From Promethearchaeota archaeon Loki_b32 (GTDB lineage Archaea; Asgardarchaeota; Lokiarchaeia; Sigyniarchaeales; SOKP01), in assembly GCA_005223125.1 (NCBI GenBank), contig NJBH01000029.1, forward strand, positions 1 through 52,258: a stretch of DNA of 52,258 nt, given 5' to 3'. Under the pieces are notes generated by a model. That model saw only the letters and a program-made list of their open reading frames with translations, was not told where the DNA came from and ran no database searches. Shown here one piece after another: positions 40,233 through 49,829 of the stretch; position 1 is the first letter of the stretch; every line of letters starts with the position of its first letter. The position numbers and the translations under genes were made by a program.

Positions 40233-40251
40233 ATGTATACACATATACATA
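40232..40251. promoter_or_regulatory. Inverted repeat, putative VapBC autoregulatory operator
   Basis: TATGTATA-CACA-TATACATA abutting the antitoxin start codon. Confidence 0.5.
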
Positions 40252-40315
40252 CACATATTTATTCTTTTTACTATTTGAAAAGAACTAAATTAATATGGTA
40301 AATAAAACTTATAAC

Positions 40316-41248
40316 CTAAAATTTATTCCGTAAAAATAGCATAATTGCTTTTTGGATATGTAAACGATTTTCAGCTTGATCAAAGACAATAGATTGAGGA
40401 CCATCAATGACCTCTGCTGTTTGTTCATATTCCCTCATTGCAGGTAAACAATTCATAAATACAGCATCTGATTTTGCTACTTCCATAACTGAAGAAGTAA
40501 CTTGATAAGGCATAAATGCTTTTTTCCGTTCTTCTTCCTCAGATTCAGGAATTCCATAGGACATCCAACTATCTGTATATATCACATCTGAATCTTGCAC
40601 AGCTTCTATAGCATCATGAACAACTTTTACTTCAGCACCAGTATCTTTAGAGATCTCTGAAACTTCGTCTAAAACTATTTGTTCTGGTGAATATTCTGGA
40701 GCATTTGGACATGCAACATCCATTCTCCAGCCAAATATTGCACACATCCTCATTAAATCATAAGTTACGTTGTTATAAGCATCCCCAAAGTAGGAGAGTT
40801 TCATGTTCTCTAAACTGTTCTTTTTCTCTTTGATGGTTTGAAAATCCCCAAGAATTTGGCATGGGTGTGCGAAATCATCCAACATATTTATTACTGGGAC
40901 ATCAGCATATTTAGCGAGATCCCAGATATCTTGGCGTTTGAAAACTCGGGCAGCAATAATATTTACAAATCGAGAAGTGACTTTTGCTGTATCAGAAATA
41001 TTTTCCTTCTTACCTAAGGGAGAATCTTTTATCGAATAAAAAATTGCATGGCCACCTAATTGCTGCATTCCCGATTCGAAAGAAATCCGTGTTCTTAAAG
41101 AAGGTTTCTCAAATAACATTAATAGAGTTTCTCCTTCTAATGCGGAATTATACTTTTTAGGATTTTTTTTAAGTTCAATTGCTTTATTGATAACCTTCTT
41201 ACACTCATCCTTTGAAAAATCTGAGATTTTTAATAGATGTCGAACCAT
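40316..41248 (-). CDS. argF: Ornithine carbamoyltransferase (probably catabolic)
   Basis: FEKPSLRTR, HPCQ, YTDSWMSY, FMNCLPA, QAENRLH; clustered with arcC. Confidence 0.9.
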   Translation of the reverse strand: MVRHLLKISDFSKDECKKVINKAIELKKNPKKYNSALEGETLLMLFEKPSLRTRISFESGMQQLGGHAIFYSIKDSPLGKKENISDTAKVTSRFVNIIAARVFKRQDIWDLAKYADVPVINMLDDFAHPCQILGDFQTIKEKKNSLENMKLSYFGDAYNNVTYDLMRMCAIFGWRMDVACPNAPEYSPEQIVLDEVSEISKDTGAEVKVVHDAIEAVQDSDVIYTDSWMSYGIPESEEEERKKAFMPYQVTSSVMEVAKSDAVFMNCLPAMREYEQTAEVIDGPQSIVFDQAENRLHIQKAIMLFLRNKF

Positions 41249-41355
41249 TTTTTACAACTTTAGAATTTTTGAAAATAATTAAATATTAAAAAGAAAGGTT
41301 AGATATAAATCAGATGAGGTTATTTGTTGATAGTTGCTTGGAGTAATTTTAGTTT

Positions 41356-42978
41356 TTATAAATTTCGTCGTAACACTTTTCCTGGAAGTTTTCTCTTTTG
41401 CTTATTCTCATCAACTACAATAACTCCATTAACAATAACATAAGGAATACCTTCAGGAAATTGATGGGGATTTTCAAATGTGGCTTTATCGATTATGGTG
41501 TCTGGATTAAATATAACGAGATCTGCCCAAAAATTCTCTTTAATTAAACCACGATCAGATAATCCTAATCTTAATGCCGGAATTGAAGTCATCCTTCGAA
41601 TAGCATCTTCTAGGGTTAAGAGATTTTCTTCTCTAACATATTTACCCAGAATTCTTGGATACGTTCCATAAAATCGGGGATGGTATTTTCCAAGGTTCGG
41701 TCTATTTGGAATTCCACATCCATCCGTACCAACCATGTGATATTTCCCTGTCATGATTCTTTTTATATCTTCTTCACCCATCGTTTCAACTGTTATAGTA
41801 GAACCTCCTTCATCATCTATTATAATTGAAAACGTTGTATCCCAATCATCTTTCAGTTTTCTTATTTTTGTTATTTCTGCTATACTCTTACCTTCAATGT
41901 CCTTCCACTTTTCTGATGTGACAGATGATATATAGATTCTCTCGAATCCATTCTTTCCTATAAAATTTTCCCAACCTTCAACTCCTTTAATCATGTCTTC
42001 CTTTATTTTATCTTGGTAATTTTTTTGTGTGATACGTTCAAGTAATGCATCGGGACCACCTTCACGCATCCAAGGAGGAAGTATCGCCGTTAGGGATGTA
42101 AATCCTCTATTATATGGATACTGATCATATGTAATACTAAAACCTCGATCGTTTGCTTCCTCAATAAGTTCCAAGGTTTCTTTACTTTTACCCCAATACA
42201 TTTTTCCTGAGATTTTATGGTGTGCGATATGCCCTCCTCTGCATCCAGATTTCTCAACAATTTCAATTACTTCGTTTATTGCATTAATAACATTCTCTCC
42301 TTCACCGCGTATATGGGAAAAATAAAGTCCATTATATTGAGCAACAACTTTAGTTATTTTTATGATTTCTTCAGTTTTAGCAAAAACTTGAGGTGCATAG
42401 ATAAGTCCAGTGCTTAATCCAAAAGCTCCCGCTTCCATAGCTTCCACAACATATTCTTTCATTCTATTAATCTCATCCGAATTAGGTGGGCGATTCTCGT
42501 AAGCAGGTCCACCTGCAATTCGAATATTTTCAAATCCAACTACAGGAACTATATTAATCGTACATCGATCTTTTTCTAATTTTTCGAGATACTCTCTAAA
42601 TGTGTTCCATGTAAATTCATAGCCATCATAAAGTGGTATTGTTCTTGCATAATATCTTCGAAATTCTTCAACTCTCTCAGGATGAATAGGAGCAAAACTA
42701 TTTCCACACATCCCAATAACATTTGTAGTTATACCTTGGCGTACGAAAGACTCTACTTTATTAAAAATTGGTAAAATAAAATCCGTATGAGAATGCATAT
42801 CTATGAAACCAGGACTAATAACCATTCCAATTACTTCAATTTCTCGAGAAGCTTCTTCAGTTATTTTAGGTCTAATTTTTTCTATTTTTCCATCTTTAAT
42901 ACCGATATCTCTACGGTATCCTGGATTTCCTGTTCCATTAATTATTGTTCCATTTCTAATTATTATATCAAAACTCAT
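41356..42978 (-). CDS. N-acyl-D-amino-acid deacylase
   Basis: PGFIDMHSH, GMCGNS, STGLIYAP, SHIRGE, HPRFYGTYPRILG. Confidence 0.92.
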   Translation of the reverse strand: MSFDIIIRNGTIINGTGNPGYRRDIGIKDGKIEKIRPKITEEASREIEVIGMVISPGFIDMHSHTDFILPIFNKVESFVRQGITTNVIGMCGNSFAPIHPERVEEFRRYYARTIPLYDGYEFTWNTFREYLEKLEKDRCTINIVPVVGFENIRIAGGPAYENRPPNSDEINRMKEYVVEAMEAGAFGLSTGLIYAPQVFAKTEEIIKITKVVAQYNGLYFSHIRGEGENVINAINEVIEIVEKSGCRGGHIAHHKISGKMYWGKSKETLELIEEANDRGFSITYDQYPYNRGFTSLTAILPPWMREGGPDALLERITQKNYQDKIKEDMIKGVEGWENFIGKNGFERIYISSVTSEKWKDIEGKSIAEITKIRKLKDDWDTTFSIIIDDEGGSTITVETMGEEDIKRIMTGKYHMVGTDGCGIPNRPNLGKYHPRFYGTYPRILGKYVREENLLTLEDAIRRMTSIPALRLGLSDRGLIKENFWADLVIFNPDTIIDKATFENPHQFPEGIPYVIVNGVIVVDENKQKRKLPGKVLRRNL

Positions 42979-43002
42979 TTTAAAAATACCTATTTAATTT
43001 TT

Positions 43003-44169
43003 CTACTTTAATTCTTCTTCTACACCAAAATTGCGAGTAAAGGAAAGAGTATCTAAGATTTCTTTATCCCTGAAACTCATTTTCTCAGTCAAAAGACGAC
43101 TTAGAAGCTCGCCTAAGCCTGGTCCCAGCATGAAACCTTGGCCACACATTCCAACAGCATTAATATATCCTTGAATCTCATTTACTGTCCCAATAATCGG
43201 ATTTCCATCTGGGGTCATTGGGTATAAACCACGCCATGTTCGTCTTATTTTTATGTTCCTTAAACGTGGTAGAAGTTGTATCATCCTCTTTGAAATTTGA
43301 GGTAAAAAAGAACTGGTTTCTCTACGATCAGTTCCAAGAATATTTGGATTAGGTGTTAAGCAAAAAATTATTTTTCCTTCCTTATTTTGATAAAAGTAAT
43401 AGTTCTTAGAATCTCCAAATTTTGGATCAGAACAAGGCCTAATATCTACTATCATTGGTGTAAAGAAGTTTTTTACTGGTTCTGTTATTCCAGCTTCATG
43501 TGATTCGGGTTCTACTGGTATATCAAGACCTACCATATTACCAATATCTCTAGCGTGAGCTCCAGCAGCATTTATAATATTTTTCGTGTTATATTGCCCT
43601 TTTGTAGTTTTGATTCCTGTTATTTTGTTGTTTTTTGTTAATATATCAATAACCTTTTCATTAAAGTGATATTCTGCTCCCAGATTTTTGGATTGTCTAA
43701 AAAAAGAATGTAAAGATAATAAGGGTGATGCATTCCCATCTTCAGGGCTATACGTGGCTCCTAATAATCCATCTTCGTTGATACCCGGGATTAGTTCTTT
43801 TATCTTCTCAACATCAACATAATCAATATTTAAGCCATAGTTTTTTTGAAGTTCTACTGTTTCCTTTAATAAATTCTCGTGTTCGTTGTTATATGCTAAG
43901 AAAGTATAACCCCCTTGCTCCCACCAGATATCATCTCCAAACCTTTCTTCCCAAATAGAGAAAATTTCGATTGATCTTTGGCATAGCCATATTTTTCCTT
44001 TATGTGAGTGAGTAGCTCTAATACCTCCAATAGCATGTTTATTATCCGCTTGAGCGACTGAAGGCAGTGAATCGATAACTAACGTTTTAAGTTCATCATT
44101 TGCTGTCGCTAAAGCAGTTGGAACACCTACACTTCCAGCACCAATGATAATTACATCATAATCAACCAT
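43003..44169 (-). CDS. FAD-dependent amino-acid dehydrogenase beta subunit (dye-linked proline dehydrogenase / sarcosine oxidase family)
   Basis: IIGAGSVG, INAAGA, WRGLYPMTPDG.PIIG, GMCGQGFMLGP. Confidence 0.87.
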   Translation of the reverse strand: MVDYDVIIIGAGSVGVPTALATANDELKTLVIDSLPSVAQADNKHAIGGIRATHSHKGKIWLCQRSIEIFSIWEERFGDDIWWEQGGYTFLAYNNEHENLLKETVELQKNYGLNIDYVDVEKIKELIPGINEDGLLGATYSPEDGNASPLLSLHSFFRQSKNLGAEYHFNEKVIDILTKNNKITGIKTTKGQYNTKNIINAAGAHARDIGNMVGLDIPVEPESHEAGITEPVKNFFTPMIVDIRPCSDPKFGDSKNYYFYQNKEGKIIFCLTPNPNILGTDRRETSSFLPQISKRMIQLLPRLRNIKIRRTWRGLYPMTPDGNPIIGTVNEIQGYINAVGMCGQGFMLGPGLGELLSRLLTEKMSFRDKEILDTLSFTRNFGVEEELK

Positions 44170-46254
44170 TTAAAATTCCTCCTTCTTTTCCTTAGCATTA
44201 GCAAATACTCCCATGGGAACTTCTATAAATAAAGGTCGTCTTGTACCTGGTGTGATATCATCAACAGAAATACCTTCTTGTCTAAAAATTCTCTCAATTA
44301 ATGGAGTACATGTTTTTCCTCCACAAGATCCCATTCCCACCTTTGTTAAAGCCTTCAGTTCATTGAAATCTCTAACTCCCGATTTAATCCATTTTCTAAT
44401 TTCACCTACAGATACACGTTCACATCTGCAAACAATTATTTCATCATCAGATAATGCTTTTTGGTATAAATCTGTTGGTTCCATAAATTGAGTTTCATAT
44501 TTCTTTATTGCTACAGCTTGCTTTGCTATTTTAGAGGGTAATTTAATGGTTATTAGTTGAGTTTTAGGAAATTCTTTCAATATTCGGGATCTGTGTATTT
44601 CAAATTTCCCTAATTCTTTTTTATTCCTTACTACAACCACTTCTTGCCCTTTTTCTAATTTCTCTTCAGTAAGTTCAAATGGAAAAGTTACCAATGGATT
44701 ATTCTTGTCTTTTCGATAATCTAATAATACAACTGCTAATCCGGGACACACTGCTACACATTTACCACACCCTATACAATCTTGTTCACCCTTAAAATAA
44801 GGTAATTGGGTAATTAAATCATCAATAGTCTCGATCTGTTGTTGATCACATACAGTAGTACATGGATTACAAGGTATTTCTTGATTACAATAAAATACGG
44901 GATATATTCCTTCTTCCTTAAATGTAATTTCTGTTTCAACAGGTTGGGGAGGTTTCGCTTTCATTATATTAGCAAAATTCTCTAATTCATCAATATTTTC
45001 TGAAATCTCGATTCCAATTTCCTCAAGAATCTTAAAAGCTTCAATTTTTCCAGTAAATATCGCAGCTGAAGCTTCTGCGATTTCTTGAACATCACCAGCA
45101 ACCCAGACTTTAAATCCAAAATCAATTGCTTTGTGATAAAATTCATCAACGGGATTTAGACCTACAGCAATTAGAATGGTATCACAGGGAAATGTTCTTT
45201 CTGTTCCAGAAATAATATTAAAATCTTTATCGATTTGTGCAATTGTTATAGAGTCTACATTATTTTCTCCATTAGCTGAAATAATAGTATGATTTGTGTA
45301 AATTGGTACACCTAATCTTCTAAGTTTGTCCTCATGGACTTTATAACCACCACACTCAGGTAATGCTTCGATTAAGCCTATAACTTCTATACTTGCTTGA
45401 ATTGCATGATACCCTGCAATTAGACCTACATTACCTCCACCAACAATAAAAATTTTATCTGCTGCCTTTATTAGATCACGATTAACTAGTGTTTGAAAAG
45501 CTCCAGCACCATATACTCCTGGTAATGTATTTCCAGCAAAAACAAGCATTTTTTCCCTAGCACCAGTAGCAATTAATAAATACTTAGGCTTTACCAATAC
45601 ATATTTATCGTTATCTTTTAGAATTCCAACCAATCCATCACTAAAGACTGCTAAACACACACTATTCAGCCACACGTTAACTGATGAAAACGATTGAACC
45701 GCTTTTCCAAGAATTTTGGCAATTTCAATTCCACGTTTACCGGCATATACATCTTTTTCTGAACCAAAAAATTTATGAGTCTGAAGAACTAATTTGCCTC
45801 CAAGTTCAGCTTTATCATCTATCAAAATAACTTTAACATTATTTTCTCCTAAGATTTTAGTAGCTGATAATCCTGCTGGACCCGCACCAATTACAAGTAC
45901 TTCACAATCAACAATATCAGAATTGCCTACAGTTACAGCATTATCCTCAGGGGGTAGCTCTGGTAATCCATTACAACTTTCTATTCTCATACCCCCTTTA
46001 AGAGGTGTCATACATGCTTTTACTGGAATACCATTCACGATAACATTACATTGAGCACATTGTCCATTTGCGCAAAATATACCTTGTGGGCTGTCATCTT
46101 TAATATGATGTCCAAAAATCTTTATTTTATTCATAAAAAGGGCAGAAGAAATAACAATTTCTTCGAATCCAGTTAAATTTTTCCCATCAAAACTAAAACT
46201 AACTTTTTTTCTTTCTAAAATCTCTATGATAGGATGTTTGGTTATATTATTCAT
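44170..46254 (-). CDS. Multi-domain alpha subunit: 2Fe-2S + FAD/NAD oxidoreductase + 2[4Fe-4S] + BFD-like
   Basis: CANGQCAQC...KAC, IGAGPAG, VGGGNVG, CNPCTTVC, CIGCGKCVAVCP, CRCE...GSCGGKTC. Confidence 0.88.
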   Translation of the reverse strand: MNNITKHPIIEILERKKVSFSFDGKNLTGFEEIVISSALFMNKIKIFGHHIKDDSPQGIFCANGQCAQCNVIVNGIPVKACMTPLKGGMRIESCNGLPELPPEDNAVTVGNSDIVDCEVLVIGAGPAGLSATKILGENNVKVILIDDKAELGGKLVLQTHKFFGSEKDVYAGKRGIEIAKILGKAVQSFSSVNVWLNSVCLAVFSDGLVGILKDNDKYVLVKPKYLLIATGAREKMLVFAGNTLPGVYGAGAFQTLVNRDLIKAADKIFIVGGGNVGLIAGYHAIQASIEVIGLIEALPECGGYKVHEDKLRRLGVPIYTNHTIISANGENNVDSITIAQIDKDFNIISGTERTFPCDTILIAVGLNPVDEFYHKAIDFGFKVWVAGDVQEIAEASAAIFTGKIEAFKILEEIGIEISENIDELENFANIMKAKPPQPVETEITFKEEGIYPVFYCNQEIPCNPCTTVCDQQQIETIDDLITQLPYFKGEQDCIGCGKCVAVCPGLAVVLLDYRKDKNNPLVTFPFELTEEKLEKGQEVVVVRNKKELGKFEIHRSRILKEFPKTQLITIKLPSKIAKQAVAIKKYETQFMEPTDLYQKALSDDEIIVCRCERVSVGEIRKWIKSGVRDFNELKALTKVGMGSCGGKTCTPLIERIFRQEGISVDDITPGTRRPLFIEVPMGVFANAKEKKEEF

Positions 46255-46291
46255 AAAGAATCTAATAAAAAATTTTTAAGAATAAGATAAT

Positions 46292-48475
46292 TCATTGATG
46301 AGGTTTTATGAAGTTTATGACATCTTCATAGTCAATTCCTAATTCTTTAACTTTTTCAATTGTAGGACAACCGTTTTGATTCCATCCCCGCTCTTTATAT
46401 ACAGCATCTTGTAACTTAACGTATTGTTCCTCTCTGTATTCCCTTAATATTTTCATTTTTTCCGTGGTATCTTTTCCATTAGGGTTAATACCAATGATTT
46501 TCTTGAGTTGATCATCGTATCGTTCAGATCGACTCTCATATTCGAGCATCGTTACTGGTCCAACTGCCCTGTAAGGTAAATTTGAATCGTGTTCTCGAAG
46601 CCCTTTACCTAACCTAATGTTAAAAATCCTTTGAAAATTATAGACTCTCTCAGACATTTTAAGGAGATCATCCGTTGTCGATTGACGCCCTGTTACTGCT
46701 GAAAAATATTCAGTGTACCATTTCACATGATCAGGAATTTTCGCGCGAACTAACTCTCCCGTTTTAGGATCTTTAATTGGGTATTCTCTTTGGCTTAATG
46801 GTTGGATATCGTTCCAAGGGAGCTTGCAGAGTCCATTTAGCGAAAACCAGGTCCTCCAATAAGGGAAGAAACGCAGAGCTTTAGCTTTATCTTCGAAAGT
46901 CGGAATTGAATTTCTAATCACATCGTCAAAAATAAGCCAAGCTTCATCATGTTGCGGTCCTTTATTTGTTAATCCATATCCACCTTGTTGCGCCAAGGAT
47001 TCTTTAGTGACATACTCAGAAAATTCTAAACCTTTATGTTCCATGCCAATATCTTGCAAAAATTGAGGATTCGCTCCAAATTTTTCAATAAAATAATTCT
47101 TTAAATATTTAATTCCCTGTCCAACAATTTTTCCAAAACCCTCTCCCCTAGCCATTTGGTGAATTAGTTTTAAAGCACTCTCTATACTGCCAAAATTAAG
47201 TTCTAAACCCCCCGTTATCTCTTTATTTAAAATGCCTGCTTCATAGCATTCCATTACAAACGCAATTCCTGTACCAACAGATATTGTATCTAAACCATAT
47301 GTATCACAATAAAAATTCGTTTCTAATACCCACTTTGGATCCCATACACCCCAATTAGAACCACAACCAGCAATTGTTTCATATTCAGGTCCATCTACAA
47401 TTACTTTCTTACCCTTAAAAGGACCTGTTAAGACTTTATGACCTTCAGAATAGTGAGAGCAACTAACCGTGCAGCCAATCCAACAACCATCAGCACCTTC
47501 CTTTCCAGAATAGATGGTTCTCATGATTTCCCGACTATAGGGAATTTCCTTTCCGCTTATTTCTTTATGCATTCCAAAACGAAAGTTTTCAGTTGGCAGA
47601 AGATCAGTCATATTCATAATCTCTGGGAGATGTCCGGTCCCAACTCTACGCATTTCGTTTTGTATTGGATCAAGTTTAATAATTTCTTGACTATACATTT
47701 TTCCAATTTTTCTAGCCTCTTCTAAATCCGCTGGATTATTTGAATTGATTGTTATTTTTGGAGAAAGGCATACTAAAGCTTTGAGATTCTTATCTTTAAA
47801 TACAGTTCCAATTCCACCTCGTCCTGCTTGTTTAGATGATGCCCAATTACGGCCACGGACAAACCATGAAAAATTTAACATCCCCCATTTTGAATGCTTT
47901 GCCGCAGGTCCAGAACTTACTACTGAAACACGTTGTTTTTCAGCATCATCTTTAGCATATTTTTCTGTTAATTGTTGCGTAAGCTCATGAGAATATTCAG
48001 ATAAACCTTCAGAATCTTCAACCTCTTTAATTTGAATTAATCCTTCTATACCATCGATATAAATTATGACATCTTTCTTCGCTTTTCCTTGTATTTCTAA
48101 TGCGTCAAATCCCGAAAATTTTAGATATGGACCAAAATAACCTCCGACATTAGAATCTACAATAATTCCTGTTAGAGGCGATATCGAGGTAACAATTGAT
48201 TTTCCAGAACCAGGATAAAAAATGCTCCCACCTAATGGACCTGAAGAAATGCAAATTTCATTCTCAGGATCGTCCCACTTTATGATTCTGTCTTTTGGAA
48301 GAGAATTCCACATGAGCCAAAGGTCGAAACCCTTTCCGCCTATGAATTTCTCTTTCATTTCATCAGAAACAGGCTTTATACTAATCTCATTTTTAGAAAG
48401 ATTAAGATATAAGGTTCTATTTGCATATCCATTTTGGACTTCTTGGATTTTATACTTTTTTTCTGCTAAAATCAT
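46292..48475 (-). CDS. aor: Aldehyde:ferredoxin oxidoreductase family protein
   Basis: FIGGKGF, SPLTG, AGRGGIG, CWIGCTVSC, DGPEYET, GLDTIS, KGLE. Confidence 0.9.
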   Translation of the reverse strand: MILAEKKYKIQEVQNGYANRTLYLNLSKNEISIKPVSDEMKEKFIGGKGFDLWLMWNSLPKDRIIKWDDPENEICISSGPLGGSIFYPGSGKSIVTSISPLTGIIVDSNVGGYFGPYLKFSGFDALEIQGKAKKDVIIYIDGIEGLIQIKEVEDSEGLSEYSHELTQQLTEKYAKDDAEKQRVSVVSSGPAAKHSKWGMLNFSWFVRGRNWASSKQAGRGGIGTVFKDKNLKALVCLSPKITINSNNPADLEEARKIGKMYSQEIIKLDPIQNEMRRVGTGHLPEIMNMTDLLPTENFRFGMHKEISGKEIPYSREIMRTIYSGKEGADGCWIGCTVSCSHYSEGHKVLTGPFKGKKVIVDGPEYETIAGCGSNWGVWDPKWVLETNFYCDTYGLDTISVGTGIAFVMECYEAGILNKEITGGLELNFGSIESALKLIHQMARGEGFGKIVGQGIKYLKNYFIEKFGANPQFLQDIGMEHKGLEFSEYVTKESLAQQGGYGLTNKGPQHDEAWLIFDDVIRNSIPTFEDKAKALRFFPYWRTWFSLNGLCKLPWNDIQPLSQREYPIKDPKTGELVRAKIPDHVKWYTEYFSAVTGRQSTTDDLLKMSERVYNFQRIFNIRLGKGLREHDSNLPYRAVGPVTMLEYESRSERYDDQLKKIIGINPNGKDTTEKMKILREYREEQYVKLQDAVYKERGWNQNGCPTIEKVKELGIDYEDVINFIKPHQ

Positions 48476-48700
48476 AGAATTTCACTCCATTAAGTTCTGA
48501 TTATTAAATTAAAAACATCATTTCAAACTATGGATGATTAAATGAGGTTATAGAATTAAACTTTATTTAATTTTAACTTAGAATTCAATTTAAAATTCAA
48601 TAGAATTATATATTTTATAGCAAAATGACTTTATAAACAACCAGAATCACGTTTATGACAGCAAAAACCCTAAAATACAGCGTTTTATAACTCTTCAAGG

Positions 48701-48730
48701 GTAGCGTTTGGATGCAGCGCTTTGTTAGAT
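48701..48730 (-). other. attC-like half site (R''/L'' arm only)
   Basis: Minus strand ATCTAAC-AAAGC-GCTGCATCCAAACGCTAC: an RYYYAAC box overlapping the stop of the gene remnant; no matching R' arm found. Confidence 0.45.
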
Positions 48731-48913
48731 TTTGTTATTAAGCTCCACAGTTATTACTACATTTCCCTTTTTGTGCCCTTTTTCGACATAGCTATGAGCC
48801 TCGACAATTTGTTCCAACGGATAGCTTCTATCTATGACCGATTTTATCTTTCCCGCCTCAATAAGCTCTTTGAGGTAGATTAGATCTTCAGTCTTTGCTT
48901 TGCCTCCGGAATC
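48725..48913 (-). pseudogene. 3' remnant of an MDR NAD(P)-dependent oxidoreductase (third paralog)
   Basis: Translates to [62 protein letters not shown], closely matching the C-termini of the genes at 49830 and 50846. Confidence 0.88.
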
Positions 48914-48954
48914 CCACCTCTTTGGATTTCTACATTGAGATGAAGAATAAACTT
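48904..48954 (+). pseudogene. Short 3'-end fragment of acetoacetate-CoA ligase (copy 1)
   Basis: [17 protein letters not shown]; 40/51 nt and 15/17 aa identical to 49674-49724. Confidence 0.6.
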
Positions 48955-49094
48955 TTTTTATTTTTTTATTTTTTTAATCAAACCTTTTTGTTATTATACT
49001 TAATAAAATAAAATCACATTAAAAAGTAAAAAATATAAGACTCTTTTACCATAAGTATATTGATTAGCTTAAAATATTAAAAATATGGTATAAT

Positions 49095-49289
49095 ATGACT
49101 TTAAAACCTATTAAAGAGGATATTATTAAACTTATTCAAGATTTACCTGATGATGCTACCTTAGAAGATATTCAGTATCATTTATTTGTCAAACAAAAAC
49201 TCTTAAGAGCTGAGGAGCAAATTAAAGAAGGAAAAACTATTTCTCATGAAGAAGTCATGGAAAAGGCTAGGAAGAAATGGTTCAAATAG
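49095..49289 (+). CDS. Putative addiction-module antitoxin
   Basis: 64 aa, LPDDATLEDIQYHLFV...GKTISHEEV; overlaps the toxin start. Confidence 0.8.
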   Translation: MTLKPIKEDIIKLIQDLPDDATLEDIQYHLFVKQKLLRAEEQIKEGKTISHEEVMEKARKKWFK

Positions 49290-49567
49290 AATGGTCTGAA
49301 GAAGCTGAAGAAGATTTAGATGATATTCTTTTTTACCTTTCAAAAAGCTCCTCTCAATATGCAAATTCTTTTTTTGATCGTGTTCATGAAGCTTTAGAAT
49401 ATATTAAACAATTTCCTCAAATAGGCCGTAAGGTTCCGGAATCTAAGAACCCAAGCGACAGGGAATTAATTATTCAAAAATATAGACTGATTTACAGATT
49501 CATAGAAGAAGATGATAAAATCTTAATTATGATGATAATTCATGGAAGTAGATTACTGAAATTATAA
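49277..49567 (+). CDS. RelE/ParE family toxin
   Basis: IEWSEEAEEDL, FPQIGRKVPE, RELI...YRLIYR, IHGSR. Confidence 0.9.
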   Translation: MVQIEWSEEAEEDLDDILFYLSKSSSQYANSFFDRVHEALEYIKQFPQIGRKVPESKNPSDRELIIQKYRLIYRFIEEDDKILIMMIIHGSRLLKL

Positions 49568-49574
49568 TAGAACC

Positions 49575-49730
49575 AACACCCTAGATGGAATTCCTTATAC
49601 TTTTAGCAACAAGAAAGTCGAAATAGCGGTAACTAAAATCATCCACGGCATGCCTGTTGCGAATCGAGGGGCACTCAGAAATCCAACATCATTAGATTAC
49701 TACATAGAAATGAAGGATAAGCTTCAATAA
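49575..49730 (+). pseudogene. 3' remnant of acetoacetate-CoA ligase (copy 2)
   Basis: [48 protein letters not shown], matching the IPYTxxxKKVE...NRxALxNPxSLD C-terminus of acetoacetyl-CoA synthetases; no start codon. Confidence 0.72.
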
Positions 49731-49829
49731 TTTTCTTTCTTTTTTTTATTCTCAACAAAAAATTCAATTAAATCATTAGAATAAGCTTTAACTAATTCAA
49801 GAGCTCCATTCTCTAATGCTAAGTCTGTT

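Noticed and set aside
48685-48730. Complete functional attC site closing at GTTATAA
   Set aside because: It would span only ~46 nt, does not fit GTTRRRY and lacks arm complementarity; kept only as a half site.
48904-49730. IS or transposon with target-site duplication around the ParE TA module
   Set aside because: No transposase or terminal inverted repeats; the flanking repeats differ mainly at synonymous positions, indicating coding remnants.
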